A DNA stretch of 64,000 nt from Patescibacteria group bacterium (GCA_041660005.1 JBAZXG010000002.1:122037-186036), one strand, 5' to 3'; positions 48,857 through 58,314 are shown, numbered from the stretch's first letter. The notes: generated from the sequence alone by a model not told the origin. A program made the numbers and translations.

Positions 48857-49288
48857 TTGTCCACTTTCTTACTTGTCTAAGAAAGTGGACGGAAAGAATG
48901 ACACCCTGAGGACTCGGCTGTGGGCTTGCTTCATACAGCAGACTGCTGACCATGAACTCGTCATCCGCCCCATAGCGGATTCCTCAAACAGCATGGTCAC
49001 TAAGTGCAGTCTGCTTCCCTCGCAAGCTTTGACGCCGATCCTAAGGGATTTTGCACTCTGCTCTGCCAAACCCCTGGTGTCCGGTCGTGGCAATGAGGAC
49101 GAAGACAGGACGAAAGAAAACAAGAGCATGTGTGAGATGAACCACAAGGTGAGGCGAGTTTGCTCTTGTTCGTCCTGCTGAGGAAGGAATGCCCGACCGG
49201 AGCACCCGGGGCGGGCTTCTTTGGGTACTTTCTTGCCCGCACAAGAAAGTACCAACTAGTCGCGAGGGCACAGCCCGAGGACGTTATG
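48857..49288. repeat. Element family E, copy 3 (two arms, both terminal hairpins)
   Basis: Left GTCCACTTTCTTA..TAAGAAAGTGGAC-GGAAAGAA; right TTCTTTG-GGTACTTTCTTG..CAAGAAAGTACC; tail CAGCCCGAGGACGTTATG. Confidence 0.8.
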
Positions 49289-49330
49289 AGTTAAAGAAAA
49301 AGAAATGAAAAATCAAATTAAAAACAGCTG

Positions 49331-49385
49331 TAAATTTATATCCCCGGGCGCGCACTCTATAGCACGCGTCCGGGGCGGGTCGGGT
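49331..49385. repeat. Hairpin repeat H3
   Basis: TAAATTTATAT-CCCCGGGCGCGC-actctatagc-ACGCGTCCGGGG-CGGGTCGGGT. Confidence 0.75.
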
Positions 49386-49427
49386 GGCGAAGTCCGCCAG
49401 CTGGCGGATTCTCCGCCGGCTGCGAGC

Positions 49428-49580
49428 TCAGTTGGTCGTCGGAACGACCGGTGCCAGTTGCTGCGAACCGACGACGCTCATGGCCACGATGGCCGCGATC
49501 GAAATCAGTGCGGCGAGCAGAGCGTACTCAGCGACCGTCGCCGCGGTCTCGTCTTTCAAGAAAGCAACAAAACGTTCCAT
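49428..49580 (-). CDS. Flp/Fap (Tad) type pilin-like protein, 50 aa (not in ORF track)
   Basis: MERFVAFLKDETAATVAEYALLAALISIAAIVAMSVVG matches FxxDExGATxxEYxL; RBS GAGGG; promoter TTGACA-17-TAACCT. Confidence 0.85.
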   Translation of the reverse strand: MERFVAFLKDETAATVAEYALLAALISIAAIVAMSVVGSQQLAPVVPTTN

Positions 49581-49673
49581 GTTTTTCCCTCGAGGTCGAT
49601 TTCCGTACTACTGTCGTACGGATGGCTCGTAGGTTACACATACAAATATTTCATGTCAACTTTTTCGTAAATA

Positions 49674-49708
49674 AAAAAGAGTCGCCACACACGGGGCGAC
49701 TCTTTTTT
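49674..49708 (-). terminator. Terminator after gdhA
   Basis: AAAAAGAGTCGCC-acacacg-GGGCGACTCTTTTT, bidirectional form. Confidence 0.75.
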
Positions 49709-49728
49709 ATAAAGATTAAATTTACTTT

Positions 49729-50991
49729 TTATCCTCGGGCTTTCATCGCAGCTTCTAGCCGTTCCAGTGCCAGAATAAACGCCGCTACGCGCATGGTTGT
49801 TTTATACTTTTCTTTTCTTTCCCACACCGCGTTAAAGGCATCTTTCATAATTGGCTCCAGCTTGCTTCGCACTTCTTTTTTGGGCCAATAGTACCCTTGC
49901 CTGTTCTGCACCCATTCAAAGTACGAAACCGTAACGCCTCCAGAGTTTGCCAAAATGTCCGGAACGACAACGACTTTTTTCTTTGCCAATTTTTTGTCAG
50001 CATTTGGCGTTGTTGGCCCGTTGGCAAGCTCTAACACAACCTTAGCTTTGATGCGTGAAACATTCTTTTCTGTTATTTGGTTTTCAAGCGCTGCTGGGAT
50101 CAAAATATCGCAACTTGTTTCGAGCAGCTGTTTGTTACTGACGTGCTTATAATTTTTATTATCACAGACAGCGTCAACGCAGTAGACGCCATCAATATGA
50201 CCCAGCTCTTGCTTTCTCTTTAGGACATTTTTTGGGTCCATACCATTCTTTTTGAGATCAACAATTCCGCCGCTAGAATCAGACAAGCCGACAATCTTGA
50301 ATCCGGCTTTGTGCACCAGCTCAGCCATGTTGTAGCCGGCGTTTCCCAACCCCTGGATAATGACAGTTGTTTTTTGCGGTACTAGTTTCAATTTTTTTGC
50401 TAACTCTTCAAGCACCATAAAGCCACCGTCGGCAGTTGCTGTGTCTCGACCCTTTGATCCGCCGAGTGCTAAGGGTTTACCAGTTACAACAGCCGGCTCC
50501 AGGTGGCCAACCATTTGACTGTATTCGTCCATGATCCAACCCATAATCTCGGCAGTGGTGTTGACGTCAGGGGCAGGGACATCGCGGTCAGGTCCAAAGA
50601 CATCTTTCATGCTGCGCGTGAATGCTCTGGTCAATCGTTCTAATTCAGCGTGTGATAATGTTCTCGGGTCGACCGTAATGCCGCCCTTGCCACCACCCAT
50701 AGGAATACCAACAACCGCACATTTCATGGTCATCCACAGTGCCAGTGCTTTGACCTCATTAATATCGACTTGCTCATGATAGCGCAGGCCCCCTTTGTAT
50801 GGGCCGCGTGCGTTTGAGTGCTCAACCCGATATCCGGTAAAGAGTTTGCGTACTCCGGAGTCAAGCGTCAGCGGTATGGTTACCTCTACGATTCTCTCCG
50901 GTCGTTCGAGCTCTGAGAGTACAGTACGACTTGTCCCAGCGATAGTCCCTGCTTCACGAAGTTGCTCTAAAGCATTTTTGAATGCATTCAT
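49729..50991 (-). CDS. gdhA: Glutamate dehydrogenase (Glu/Leu/Phe/Val family)
   Basis: RGPYKGGLRY, GGGKGG, DVPAPDVNT, TGKP, ELANGPTT, GGVTVSYFEWVQN. Confidence 0.93.
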   Translation of the reverse strand: MNAFKNALEQLREAGTIAGTSRTVLSELERPERIVEVTIPLTLDSGVRKLFTGYRVEHSNARGPYKGGLRYHEQVDINEVKALALWMTMKCAVVGIPMGGGKGGITVDPRTLSHAELERLTRAFTRSMKDVFGPDRDVPAPDVNTTAEIMGWIMDEYSQMVGHLEPAVVTGKPLALGGSKGRDTATADGGFMVLEELAKKLKLVPQKTTVIIQGLGNAGYNMAELVHKAGFKIVGLSDSSGGIVDLKKNGMDPKNVLKRKQELGHIDGVYCVDAVCDNKNYKHVSNKQLLETSCDILIPAALENQITEKNVSRIKAKVVLELANGPTTPNADKKLAKKKVVVVPDILANSGGVTVSYFEWVQNRQGYYWPKKEVRSKLEPIMKDAFNAVWERKEKYKTTMRVAAFILALERLEAAMKARG

Positions 50992-51009
50992 GGTAATTGG
51001 TTAGGTATA

Positions 51010-52005
51010 TTACTTACTACTAAGGAGGCCGACGCGTTGTTTCACGGTTTTGAGAGTGCCATTGGCAACACGCTCTGCTCGTTTAGCGCCGTCATTGAGA
51101 GTGGTGAGTAGCGTCTTGCGGTTTTTGACTACACTTGCAAACTTTTTTTGGTAAGGAGCGAGCTCCCGAGCAATTGAATCTGCCAAACTGTCTTTGAGAT
51201 CGCTGTAGCGAATAGTCCCATCTGCATAAGCCGCTTTAAACGTAGTAACAGTTTTTGGATCGCTAAATTCTTCCAAGAGTAAAAAGAGGTTGCTGACGCC
51301 CGCGCTCATAGCATCTTTTTGATTGGTACCCGTATCGGTGACTGCGCGCATAATTTTTTTCTTGATAACTACCGGGTTGTCTTCGAGGAACAAACAACCA
51401 GTGGGTTCTGACTTACTCATTTTTCTTGTGGGGTCAGCAAGACTCATGAGTCGCGGAAAGCGGGTGTGCAGTGCTTGCGGCAGAACGAATGTTTCACCAT
51501 AGCGCTGGTTAAACTTGCGAGCAACGATGCGCGTCAATTCCAGATGTTGCGCTTGGTCGTCACCAACCGGAACAACTGGCGGCTGGTAGAGGAGAATATC
51601 AGCAGCCATAAGCGCAGGGTAGGTGAGAAGACCTGCGTTGATATTTTGCGCTTGACGCTTTGCTTTGTCTTTATATTGTGTCATGCGTTCGAGCTCAGCG
51701 ACGGGAACCAGAGTGTCAAAAATCCAAGCAAGCTCGGCATGTGCTGGTACAAACGACTGCACAAAGAGAACGCTTTTTTTGGGGTTCACTCCCGCAGCCA
51801 AAAAAGCTGCCGCCACTTGTAAAGTTTGATTTTCCTTCTCTTTAGGATCGAAGTTTTCAGTCAGCGAGTGTAAATCGGCAACCATGTAGAAACCTTGATG
51901 ATCAACTTGCAGCCGAACAAAATTTTTCAAAGCACCAAGGTAATTTCCAAGGTGGAGTGGTCCGGTCGGCTGTATGCCAGAGAGTGTTCGTGGTAGTGAT
52001 GCCAT
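51010..52005 (-). CDS. trpS: Tryptophan--tRNA ligase
   Basis: SGIQPTGPLHLGNYLG, YPALMAADILLY, VGDDQAQHLE, KMSKS. Confidence 0.97.
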   Translation of the reverse strand: MASLPRTLSGIQPTGPLHLGNYLGALKNFVRLQVDHQGFYMVADLHSLTENFDPKEKENQTLQVAAAFLAAGVNPKKSVLFVQSFVPAHAELAWIFDTLVPVAELERMTQYKDKAKRQAQNINAGLLTYPALMAADILLYQPPVVPVGDDQAQHLELTRIVARKFNQRYGETFVLPQALHTRFPRLMSLADPTRKMSKSEPTGCLFLEDNPVVIKKKIMRAVTDTGTNQKDAMSAGVSNLFLLLEEFSDPKTVTTFKAAYADGTIRYSDLKDSLADSIARELAPYQKKFASVVKNRKTLLTTLNDGAKRAERVANGTLKTVKQRVGLLSSK

Positions 52006-52007
52006 AG

Positions 52008-53495
52008 TTATGTTTTCTTAAAGATACCAAAAAGTTTACGCGAACGATTAATTTCGAGCTTGATGCGTTCTCTGGCAGTTCGGGTTTTAACAAATTGCAG
52101 CCAGTCAGGGGATGGGCGCACGCGCTTCTTGTCAGTAATGATATCAACAACGTCACCAGATTTCAGGGGTGTAGACACTGGCATCAGCTTATCATTGATG
52201 CGGCTCGCCACACAGTGATTACCCACATCAGAGTGAATATGGTAGGCAAAATCAATTGGCGTTGCTCGATCAGGGAGAGCAATGACGTCACCATTTGGTG
52301 TAAAAACAAAAATATTGTCAGGAAAAACGTCAATTTTTAAGGATTCAAGGTACTCGGTGCTGTCCTGAATTTCTTTTTGCAGTTTGACGAGCTTATTCAC
52401 CCAAGCAAATTTTGGGCTGTTGACCTTGACGCCTTCCTTGGGCTTTCCTTGTTCGGTGTAGTACCAGTGCGCAGCAACGCCGTAGTAAGATTCCTCTTCC
52501 ATTTTTTGTGTGCGAATTTGGAATTCCACAATTTCACCTTGTCCGACGAAGACAGTGGTGTGGAGTGATCGGTAGCCGTTCGGTTTTGGTTGCGCGATGT
52601 AATCTTTGATGCGTCCGCGCAGCGGTTTCCAGAGTTGGTGAATAATGCCGAGCACGGCGTAACACTCACTTTCCTCTTGCACCACCACGCGTGCAGCAAT
52701 GAGGTCGTAGATTTTAGAAATATCACGTTCGTGGCGAAGTAGTTTTTTATACAAACTGTAGAGATGCTTAGCGCGTCCTTGGATACTGATAACATGCAAG
52801 TTTGGCTGTTCCTTTAGTTTTTCTCGGAGCATCTCTATAACCTTAGCTAAGCTCTTCTCTTTACTGGGCGAGGTTGTTTCCATGAGTTGTGTTACCCAGC
52901 CACAGGCATCGGGATCAATGTATTTGAATGACAGATCTTCCAGTCTTCCTTTTGTTTCCCACATGCCAAGGCGAAGCGCAATCGGCGCAAAAATTTCCAT
53001 ACTTTCAAGCGCCACGCGTTTCTGTTTGTCGGGAGGAATGGCGTCGAGCGTTTCCAGGTTGTGAATGCGGTCAGCAAATTTGATGAGAAGCACCCGTACA
53101 TCCTTAGAGATGGCGAGAAACATTTTTCTCAAATTTTCGACATAGCGCTCTATGCCGCGATACTTTAGGGTACCGAGCTTCGTTACACCTTCAACAAGGC
53201 CAGCAATGTCATCGCCAAAGTTTTTTCGAATGTCCACAATGGTATAGGAAGTGTCCTCGGGGACGTCATGCAAGAGTCCAGCGATGATGGTGTTCAAATC
53301 TGTCCGCATGGTCGTCAGGTTCATGGCAGCGGCGAGTGCGTGCGTGATATAGGGGTCGCCATTGGTGCGGCGCTGCCCTTGGTGCGCGCGGTCGGCAAAT
53401 TCGTAGGCGAGCTTTACCATATCAAGATCAGCTCCTGGGAACAGGCGCTTGAGTATCTGCAGTAAGTTTTGGAGAGACTGGTTTGCTGGGGCCAC
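52008..53495 (-). CDS. rel: RelA/SpoT family (p)ppGpp synthetase/hydrolase (HD-SYNTH-TGS, no ACT)
   Basis: AHQGQRR..GDPYITH, LLHDVPED, DRIHN, KDYIAQPKPNGYRSLHT, EFQIRT, TPIDFAYHIHS. Confidence 0.93.
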   Translation of the reverse strand: MAPANQSLQNLLQILKRLFPGADLDMVKLAYEFADRAHQGQRRTNGDPYITHALAAAMNLTTMRTDLNTIIAGLLHDVPEDTSYTIVDIRKNFGDDIAGLVEGVTKLGTLKYRGIERYVENLRKMFLAISKDVRVLLIKFADRIHNLETLDAIPPDKQKRVALESMEIFAPIALRLGMWETKGRLEDLSFKYIDPDACGWVTQLMETTSPSKEKSLAKVIEMLREKLKEQPNLHVISIQGRAKHLYSLYKKLLRHERDISKIYDLIAARVVVQEESECYAVLGIIHQLWKPLRGRIKDYIAQPKPNGYRSLHTTVFVGQGEIVEFQIRTQKMEEESYYGVAAHWYYTEQGKPKEGVKVNSPKFAWVNKLVKLQKEIQDSTEYLESLKIDVFPDNIFVFTPNGDVIALPDRATPIDFAYHIHSDVGNHCVASRINDKLMPVSTPLKSGDVVDIITDKKRVRPSPDWLQFVKTRTARERIKLEINRSRKLFGIFKKT

Positions 53496-53509
53496 ACTCG
53501 TAGCGTTAG

Positions 53510-55735
53510 CTAGTCTTCAGCCGCCTCTGTTTTATATGGACACTCTTTAGAGCTACAACGGACAGTACCTTTGGCACCCATAACGAGGAGCGACTTGCAG
53601 GTTGGGCAAAATTCACCTGTCGGGCGGCTCCAGAGGGCAAACGTGCAGTCCGGATAACGATTGCAAGAGTAGAATGTTTTTCCACGGCGGCTTCGCTTCT
53701 CTATTATATCCCCTTTACCGCATTCAGGGCACTTGATATTGAGCGACTTGGCAATTGACTTGATACCTTTGCATTCCGGGTAGCCGGTACAGCCCAAAAA
53801 CGGGCCAAATCGCCCGCGTTTCAGTTGCATGGGCTTTCCACACTTGTCGCATACTTCGTTGGTTGCCTCTTTCTCCGCAGCTTCTTCTGGGCTGCCTTTG
53901 ATGGGCTTGGTGTTTTTGCATTCTGGAAAACCAGTGCAGGCCAAGAATTTGCCGAACCGTCCGAGCTTGCTGATCATGGGTTTGCCGCATTTCTCGCACA
54001 CTTCATCCGTGGCTTCTTCTGAAATGTTTGACTTCAAAAGGAGCGCATCTTTTTCTTCGAGGTGCTTTTTAAACGGTACGTAAAAATCTCTAAGGATGGG
54101 AATGTACTCTTTATTACCCTCAGCAATGTCATCGAGATCTCTTTCTATGCGCGCCGTAAACTCATAGTCCACAATTTCTGGAAAATGTTCGACCAGAAGA
54201 TCATTAACAAGGTATGCAAGGTCAGTGGGGTGGAGACGTCGCTCTTGGCGTTCGACATAGCCGCGGTCGGTGATGGTAGAAATGGTCGGTGCGTAGGTGG
54301 ATGGTCGGCCAATGCCATGCTCTTCGAGCGCCTTAATGAGTGAGGCATCGGTAAAACGCGGGAGCGCTTCAGTGAAGTGCTGTTTGCCGTCAACGGCTTT
54401 TAGGGTCAGTGCGTCTCCTTTGGTAACCGAGGGTAGTTCGATGTCGCTTGTGTCCGTTGGATACACTTTCCGCCATCCATCGAAAGTAACAACAGAACCA
54501 CTGGCACGCAGTTCGTAGGGACGTTCTGTTTTTGCAGTGCTAATGTTGATGGTGGTAGTTGCAACTTCTGCCTCTGGCATTTGTGAAGCAATAGTTCGCT
54601 GCCAGATGAGTTGATAGAGCTTGCGCTGGCGTGGATCCAGGTAGGGGGCGACCACTTCCGGTGTTCGACGCGGATCGGTTGGGCGAATGGCCTCGTGCGC
54701 TTCCTGGGCATTTTTGCTTTTTGATTTGAAGCGTCGCGGCGTGGGTAGAGCGTACTGCTTACCATAGGCATCTTCTAAGAATGCGGCGGTGTCTAGTAAA
54801 AATTTTTCACCGAGGTTCATAGAGTCCGTACGCATGTAGGTGATGAGACCAACCGATCCTTCCTCGCCAATCGTGACTCCTTCGTAGAGCTGCTGGGCGA
54901 GAACCATGGTTTGTTTTGGGCTCATGCTGAGCCGTCGGCTGGCATCTTGCTGGAGAAGTGAAGTAGTGAAAGGAGTCGGTGGTTTTTTCTTGGTTTCTTT
55001 GCCAATGACGTCTGTGACCGCGTAGGTCGCCTTATTTAGTTCTGCAACGTGTTTGTCCGCGTCTTCCTTTGATTGAATGTCGAACTTCTCAAGTCGTTTG
55101 CCGTCAATGGCTGTTACGGTCGCGGTGAGTGGAGCATTATTTTTCGTGTTCAGGTCAGCTTCAATGGTCCAGTACTCCTCAGCTTTGAAAGCGTTGATTT
55201 CGCGCTCGCGTTCCACCACCATGCGCACCGCTACCGACTGCACGCGTCCGGCACTTAGTCCGCGATAAATTTTCCGCCAGAGAAACGGTGAAAGTTCGTA
55301 GCCGACCAGCCGGTCGAGCAACCGGCGTGCCTGCTGGGCGTTGACCAAGTTTTCATCGATAGCTCGCGGTTTTTTTAAGGCCTCTTCAATGGCCTCTTTG
55401 GTAATTTCATGGAAAGCGATGCGTTCAGTCGGCGTGTCTTTCAAATCCAGTGCGGCAACGAGGTGCCAGGCAATAGCTTCGCCTTCGCGATCTTCGTCGG
55501 TTGCCAGAATGACGCGTTTTGCCTTGGCTGCTTTTTTCTTTAAGGCGGTTACGTTCTTGCGCGCGCGGGTCGGGATAATGTAGTGCGCCGCAAAGTCATT
55601 TTCAGTGTCGATACCCATTTTTGATTTTGGCAGATCACGCACATGACCATAAGACGACAGCACCTCGTAGGGTTTGCCCAGAAATTTCTGAATTGTTTTG
55701 GCCTTGGTTGGCGACTCAACAATGACAAGTTCCAT
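53510..55735 (-). CDS. topA: DNA topoisomerase I
   Basis: LVIVESPTKAK, ATDEDREGE, SAGRVQS, ITYMRTDS, AHEAIRPT, C-terminal Zn ribbons; ATG 55735. Confidence 0.97.
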   Translation of the reverse strand: MELVIVESPTKAKTIQKFLGKPYEVLSSYGHVRDLPKSKMGIDTENDFAAHYIIPTRARKNVTALKKKAAKAKRVILATDEDREGEAIAWHLVAALDLKDTPTERIAFHEITKEAIEEALKKPRAIDENLVNAQQARRLLDRLVGYELSPFLWRKIYRGLSAGRVQSVAVRMVVEREREINAFKAEEYWTIEADLNTKNNAPLTATVTAIDGKRLEKFDIQSKEDADKHVAELNKATYAVTDVIGKETKKKPPTPFTTSLLQQDASRRLSMSPKQTMVLAQQLYEGVTIGEEGSVGLITYMRTDSMNLGEKFLLDTAAFLEDAYGKQYALPTPRRFKSKSKNAQEAHEAIRPTDPRRTPEVVAPYLDPRQRKLYQLIWQRTIASQMPEAEVATTTINISTAKTERPYELRASGSVVTFDGWRKVYPTDTSDIELPSVTKGDALTLKAVDGKQHFTEALPRFTDASLIKALEEHGIGRPSTYAPTISTITDRGYVERQERRLHPTDLAYLVNDLLVEHFPEIVDYEFTARIERDLDDIAEGNKEYIPILRDFYVPFKKHLEEKDALLLKSNISEEATDEVCEKCGKPMISKLGRFGKFLACTGFPECKNTKPIKGSPEEAAEKEATNEVCDKCGKPMQLKRGRFGPFLGCTGYPECKGIKSIAKSLNIKCPECGKGDIIEKRSRRGKTFYSCNRYPDCTFALWSRPTGEFCPTCKSLLVMGAKGTVRCSSKECPYKTEAAED

Positions 55736-55789
55736 AGTAATATGAGAGACAATACGCGAAAGATTACCAAATGGCAAATGTGGGCACCG

Positions 55790-56887
55790 TTAGTGCGCCA
55801 GACGAATGAAATTTTTGCCGCCAATATCGCGTACAAAATCTTTCATTTCGAGCATGCTCATGGTTGAGAGAAGTTCGGTTAAAGTGAGCGCAGTGCGGTT
55901 ACAAAGTTCGTCAATATGGAGCGGCTGCTTGGTGAGCGCGGCCAGTACGGTTTGTTCTGATGTACTCAAGGTATTTATTGTCCTGGTAGGTTGTGGCTGA
56001 GTGCGTTCCAGTTGCAGCGCTTCAAGAATGTCATCAACCGAAGTAACAACGCGGGCACCAAGTTTAATGAGATCGTTGCCGCCAACACTGTTCGGTTCAA
56101 AAATGGGGCCAGGAACCGCCATCACTTCGCGGTTGTATTCAAGCGCCTGGCGAGCGGTGATGAGTGCGCCGCTTCGCTCTGGTGCTTCAATGACCAGTGT
56201 GCCCTTGGTGAGTCCGGCAATGATGCGGTTACGCGCCGGGAAGTGGTGCTTCGCCGGTCCAACGCCGGGTGGGTATTCAGAAAGAATGAGTCCGCCCGTG
56301 CGGACAATGCGACTAGCCAGGTTGCGGTGTTCGCCAGGGTAGATGTCTGCTTCGCGAATGGACGATCCAAGGACGGCAGTTGTTCGTCCGCCGACTTCGA
56401 GCGTGGCTTCGTGTACCAAGCCGTCGATGCCGCGCGCGAGTCCGCTTACAATTACGATGTTGCTCCGCGCGAGCGCCCGGGTCAGCTGCAATGTTACGGT
56501 CTTGGCGTATTGGCTGAATCGGCGAGTACCGACAATGGCGAGCGCGAGTTCGTTGGTGGTTGGCAGTGCGCCGGAGTAGAAGAGCACGACTGGCGCATCA
56601 TAAATTTCTTTGAGACGGCTTGGGTAGTTGGGGTCAGTAATAGTAATTGCTTGGATGCCAGCCGCTTCAAGTTTTGTTGCATATACTTCTGGCGGTTGCT
56701 TTTCTTGATTTATTTTGAGCTGTTCAGCTGTAACTTTGGTTAGTCCGAGCGTTTGGAGTTCGTGCGCAGGTGCTTGCCAAGCGGACGCACCGTCTGGAAA
56801 ATGATGGTAGAGTTTTCTGAGCTGTCCTGGGTCGGTTAGGTTCGCTAGGGCTATCCAATAGGTGGCGTCTTGATGCATGTTGTTCAC
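55790..56887 (-). CDS. dprA: DNA-processing protein DprA
   Basis: AIVGTR, VSGLARGIDG, FPARNRIIAG, EAPERSGALITA, VPGPI; start 56887 (GTG) or 56878. Confidence 0.95.
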   Translation of the reverse strand: MNNMHQDATYWIALANLTDPGQLRKLYHHFPDGASAWQAPAHELQTLGLTKVTAEQLKINQEKQPPEVYATKLEAAGIQAITITDPNYPSRLKEIYDAPVVLFYSGALPTTNELALAIVGTRRFSQYAKTVTLQLTRALARSNIVIVSGLARGIDGLVHEATLEVGGRTTAVLGSSIREADIYPGEHRNLASRIVRTGGLILSEYPPGVGPAKHHFPARNRIIAGLTKGTLVIEAPERSGALITARQALEYNREVMAVPGPIFEPNSVGGNDLIKLGARVVTSVDDILEALQLERTQPQPTRTINTLSTSEQTVLAALTKQPLHIDELCNRTALTLTELLSTMSMLEMKDFVRDIGGKNFIRLAH

Positions 56888-56907
56888 TTCGCTACTATAG
56901 AGCTATT

Positions 56908-57120
56908 ATGATGTGTTCAAATTGCAGGATATCATTGGTCAACGGCGTTTGCCCTGGTTGTGGCTATACAGAAGAACCAATTGAGATAAAGAAAGAGCTT
57001 CGTCAAACAAGCGAAAAGCCGAGTGAACCCTCGAAGCGTACTGGCGAGGGTGCGCCGTCAATTCCTCCCATTGATCCACAAGAACCTCTCCCGTTTTTTC
57101 GAGATCACCATCGGCATTAA
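56908..57120 (+). CDS. Small zinc-ribbon hypothetical protein
   Basis: CSNC..CPGCG at the N-terminus; 70 aa. Confidence 0.55.
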   Translation: MMCSNCRISLVNGVCPGCGYTEEPIEIKKELRQTSEKPSEPSKRTGEGAPSIPPIDPQEPLPFFRDHHRH

Positions 57121-57178
57121 AGAAACTGTAGCACGAGTATTGTCTTGACAGGAAGCGATTCCTGTGCTAAGTTGTGCC

Positions 57179-57486
57179 GTTAAGTGCGGTCTTGACCGTG
57201 CTTAATAAAAACCTAGAATTTTTTGTTCGGGTGTTCCTATCTGGGAGCGACGAACGCGCCGCCACCCCTCCTAAGCGACGCAAGTAGTCACCAAGTAGTG
57301 GTGTTGAGGCTTCTGCCAAAGACACCACTCGCTCCCAGTTAAGAGCTTCGGAACGAACGCGACAAAGCCTTAAGCTATACGCAGTACGCTATACGGTGGA
57401 CGGTAGACGACCGTAAGCGCCGTACGCTATACGTTGATGAATCGTAAAGGACAAAACAACCTCGACATGACGTCGGGGTTGTTTTG
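57179..57486 (+). ncRNA. Candidate ~305-nt structured ncRNA
   Basis: TTGACA(57145)-17-TAAGTT promoter, 10-bp stem 57241-57250/57329-57338, terminator 57452-57486, no ORF of 60 aa or more. Confidence 0.5.
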
Positions 57487-57811
57487 AAATAACTCTAAAG
57501 TGAACGTAGGGCGTACAGCGTAACGCGTCAATCCTGTTTTTGTACCTTTACGTATAGCTTACAGCGTATAGCGTAAATCTTTCGTGTATTTATCCCAAAG
57601 TACGTCACTGCTTCCATGTATTTATCCCGAAGTAAATTGAGGGACTAGTACGTGGTTAGTAGTAAAAGTCAAGGTGGTGAGAAGTAGGGTGGAATAAAAA
57701 GGTGACTGAAAGTGGCACGCCGGGGGACAACGTTCACGATCTTGAAACCCTGCGGCTTCGCGAAAGTAATTGTTTGTCCCCCGGCGCTGTTCGGATTGGC
57801 CTCGCCCTCGG

Positions 57812-57958
57812 CTAGTGACGCTTGCCCTTCGTGTGCGTCTTCTTCTCGTCGCCGAGCTTCTTCTTCGGGTGCCGCGCGCCGGTGCCCGCTTGAGCTGCCG
57901 CGATTGCCGTTGCCGTTGATTGGTGATGGACCGGATGGCCCGTCGTTTGAGCGGTCAT
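57812..57958 (-). CDS. Possible small basic His/Lys-rich protein
   Basis: MTAQTTGHPVHHQ...KKTHTKGKRH after purine-rich AAGGAAGAAGAAG; frame open further upstream, start uncertain. Confidence 0.4.
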   Translation of the reverse strand: MTAQTTGHPVHHQSTATAIAAAQAGTGARHPKKKLGDEKKTHTKGKRH

Positions 57959-58314
57959 GGCTTCTTCTTCCTTGAGGGGTTTGTGGTCCCCCTCGTGCTG
58001 TTTGGGGCCCGGGCGCCCCGTTCTTGTTGTCGTCGATGCTCGGCAGAGCTTCGACATTCGTTCGCTACCAGCCGGTTGCGAAGCTCCTATTGCGGGGCCG
58101 GGCGCCCCTCGGAGCAATTAAATGGTAATCCTAGTTTAAAAGAAGCGTCAAGAGAGTTTTCAAATATTTAAGTAACGAACAACGCCACGAGATGACGACA
58201 GTTACGTGGAGCCGATGCTCTCTTCGTAATGTCGCCACTCGCGGCGCTATTGGCAGGGTTACCCCTGCCTTCGTTCATTGGTGGCACCCGCGTTGCGGGG
58301 CCACCTTCCCTTCG

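Noticed and set aside
48869-49670. Track ORFs across element E3 and opposite the pilin
   Set aside because: They run through a structured repeat or are antisense to the motif-bearing Flp ORF.
57585-57634. Direct repeat TGTATTTATCCCRAAGTA x2
   Set aside because: Only two short copies with no supporting context; likely a local duplication.
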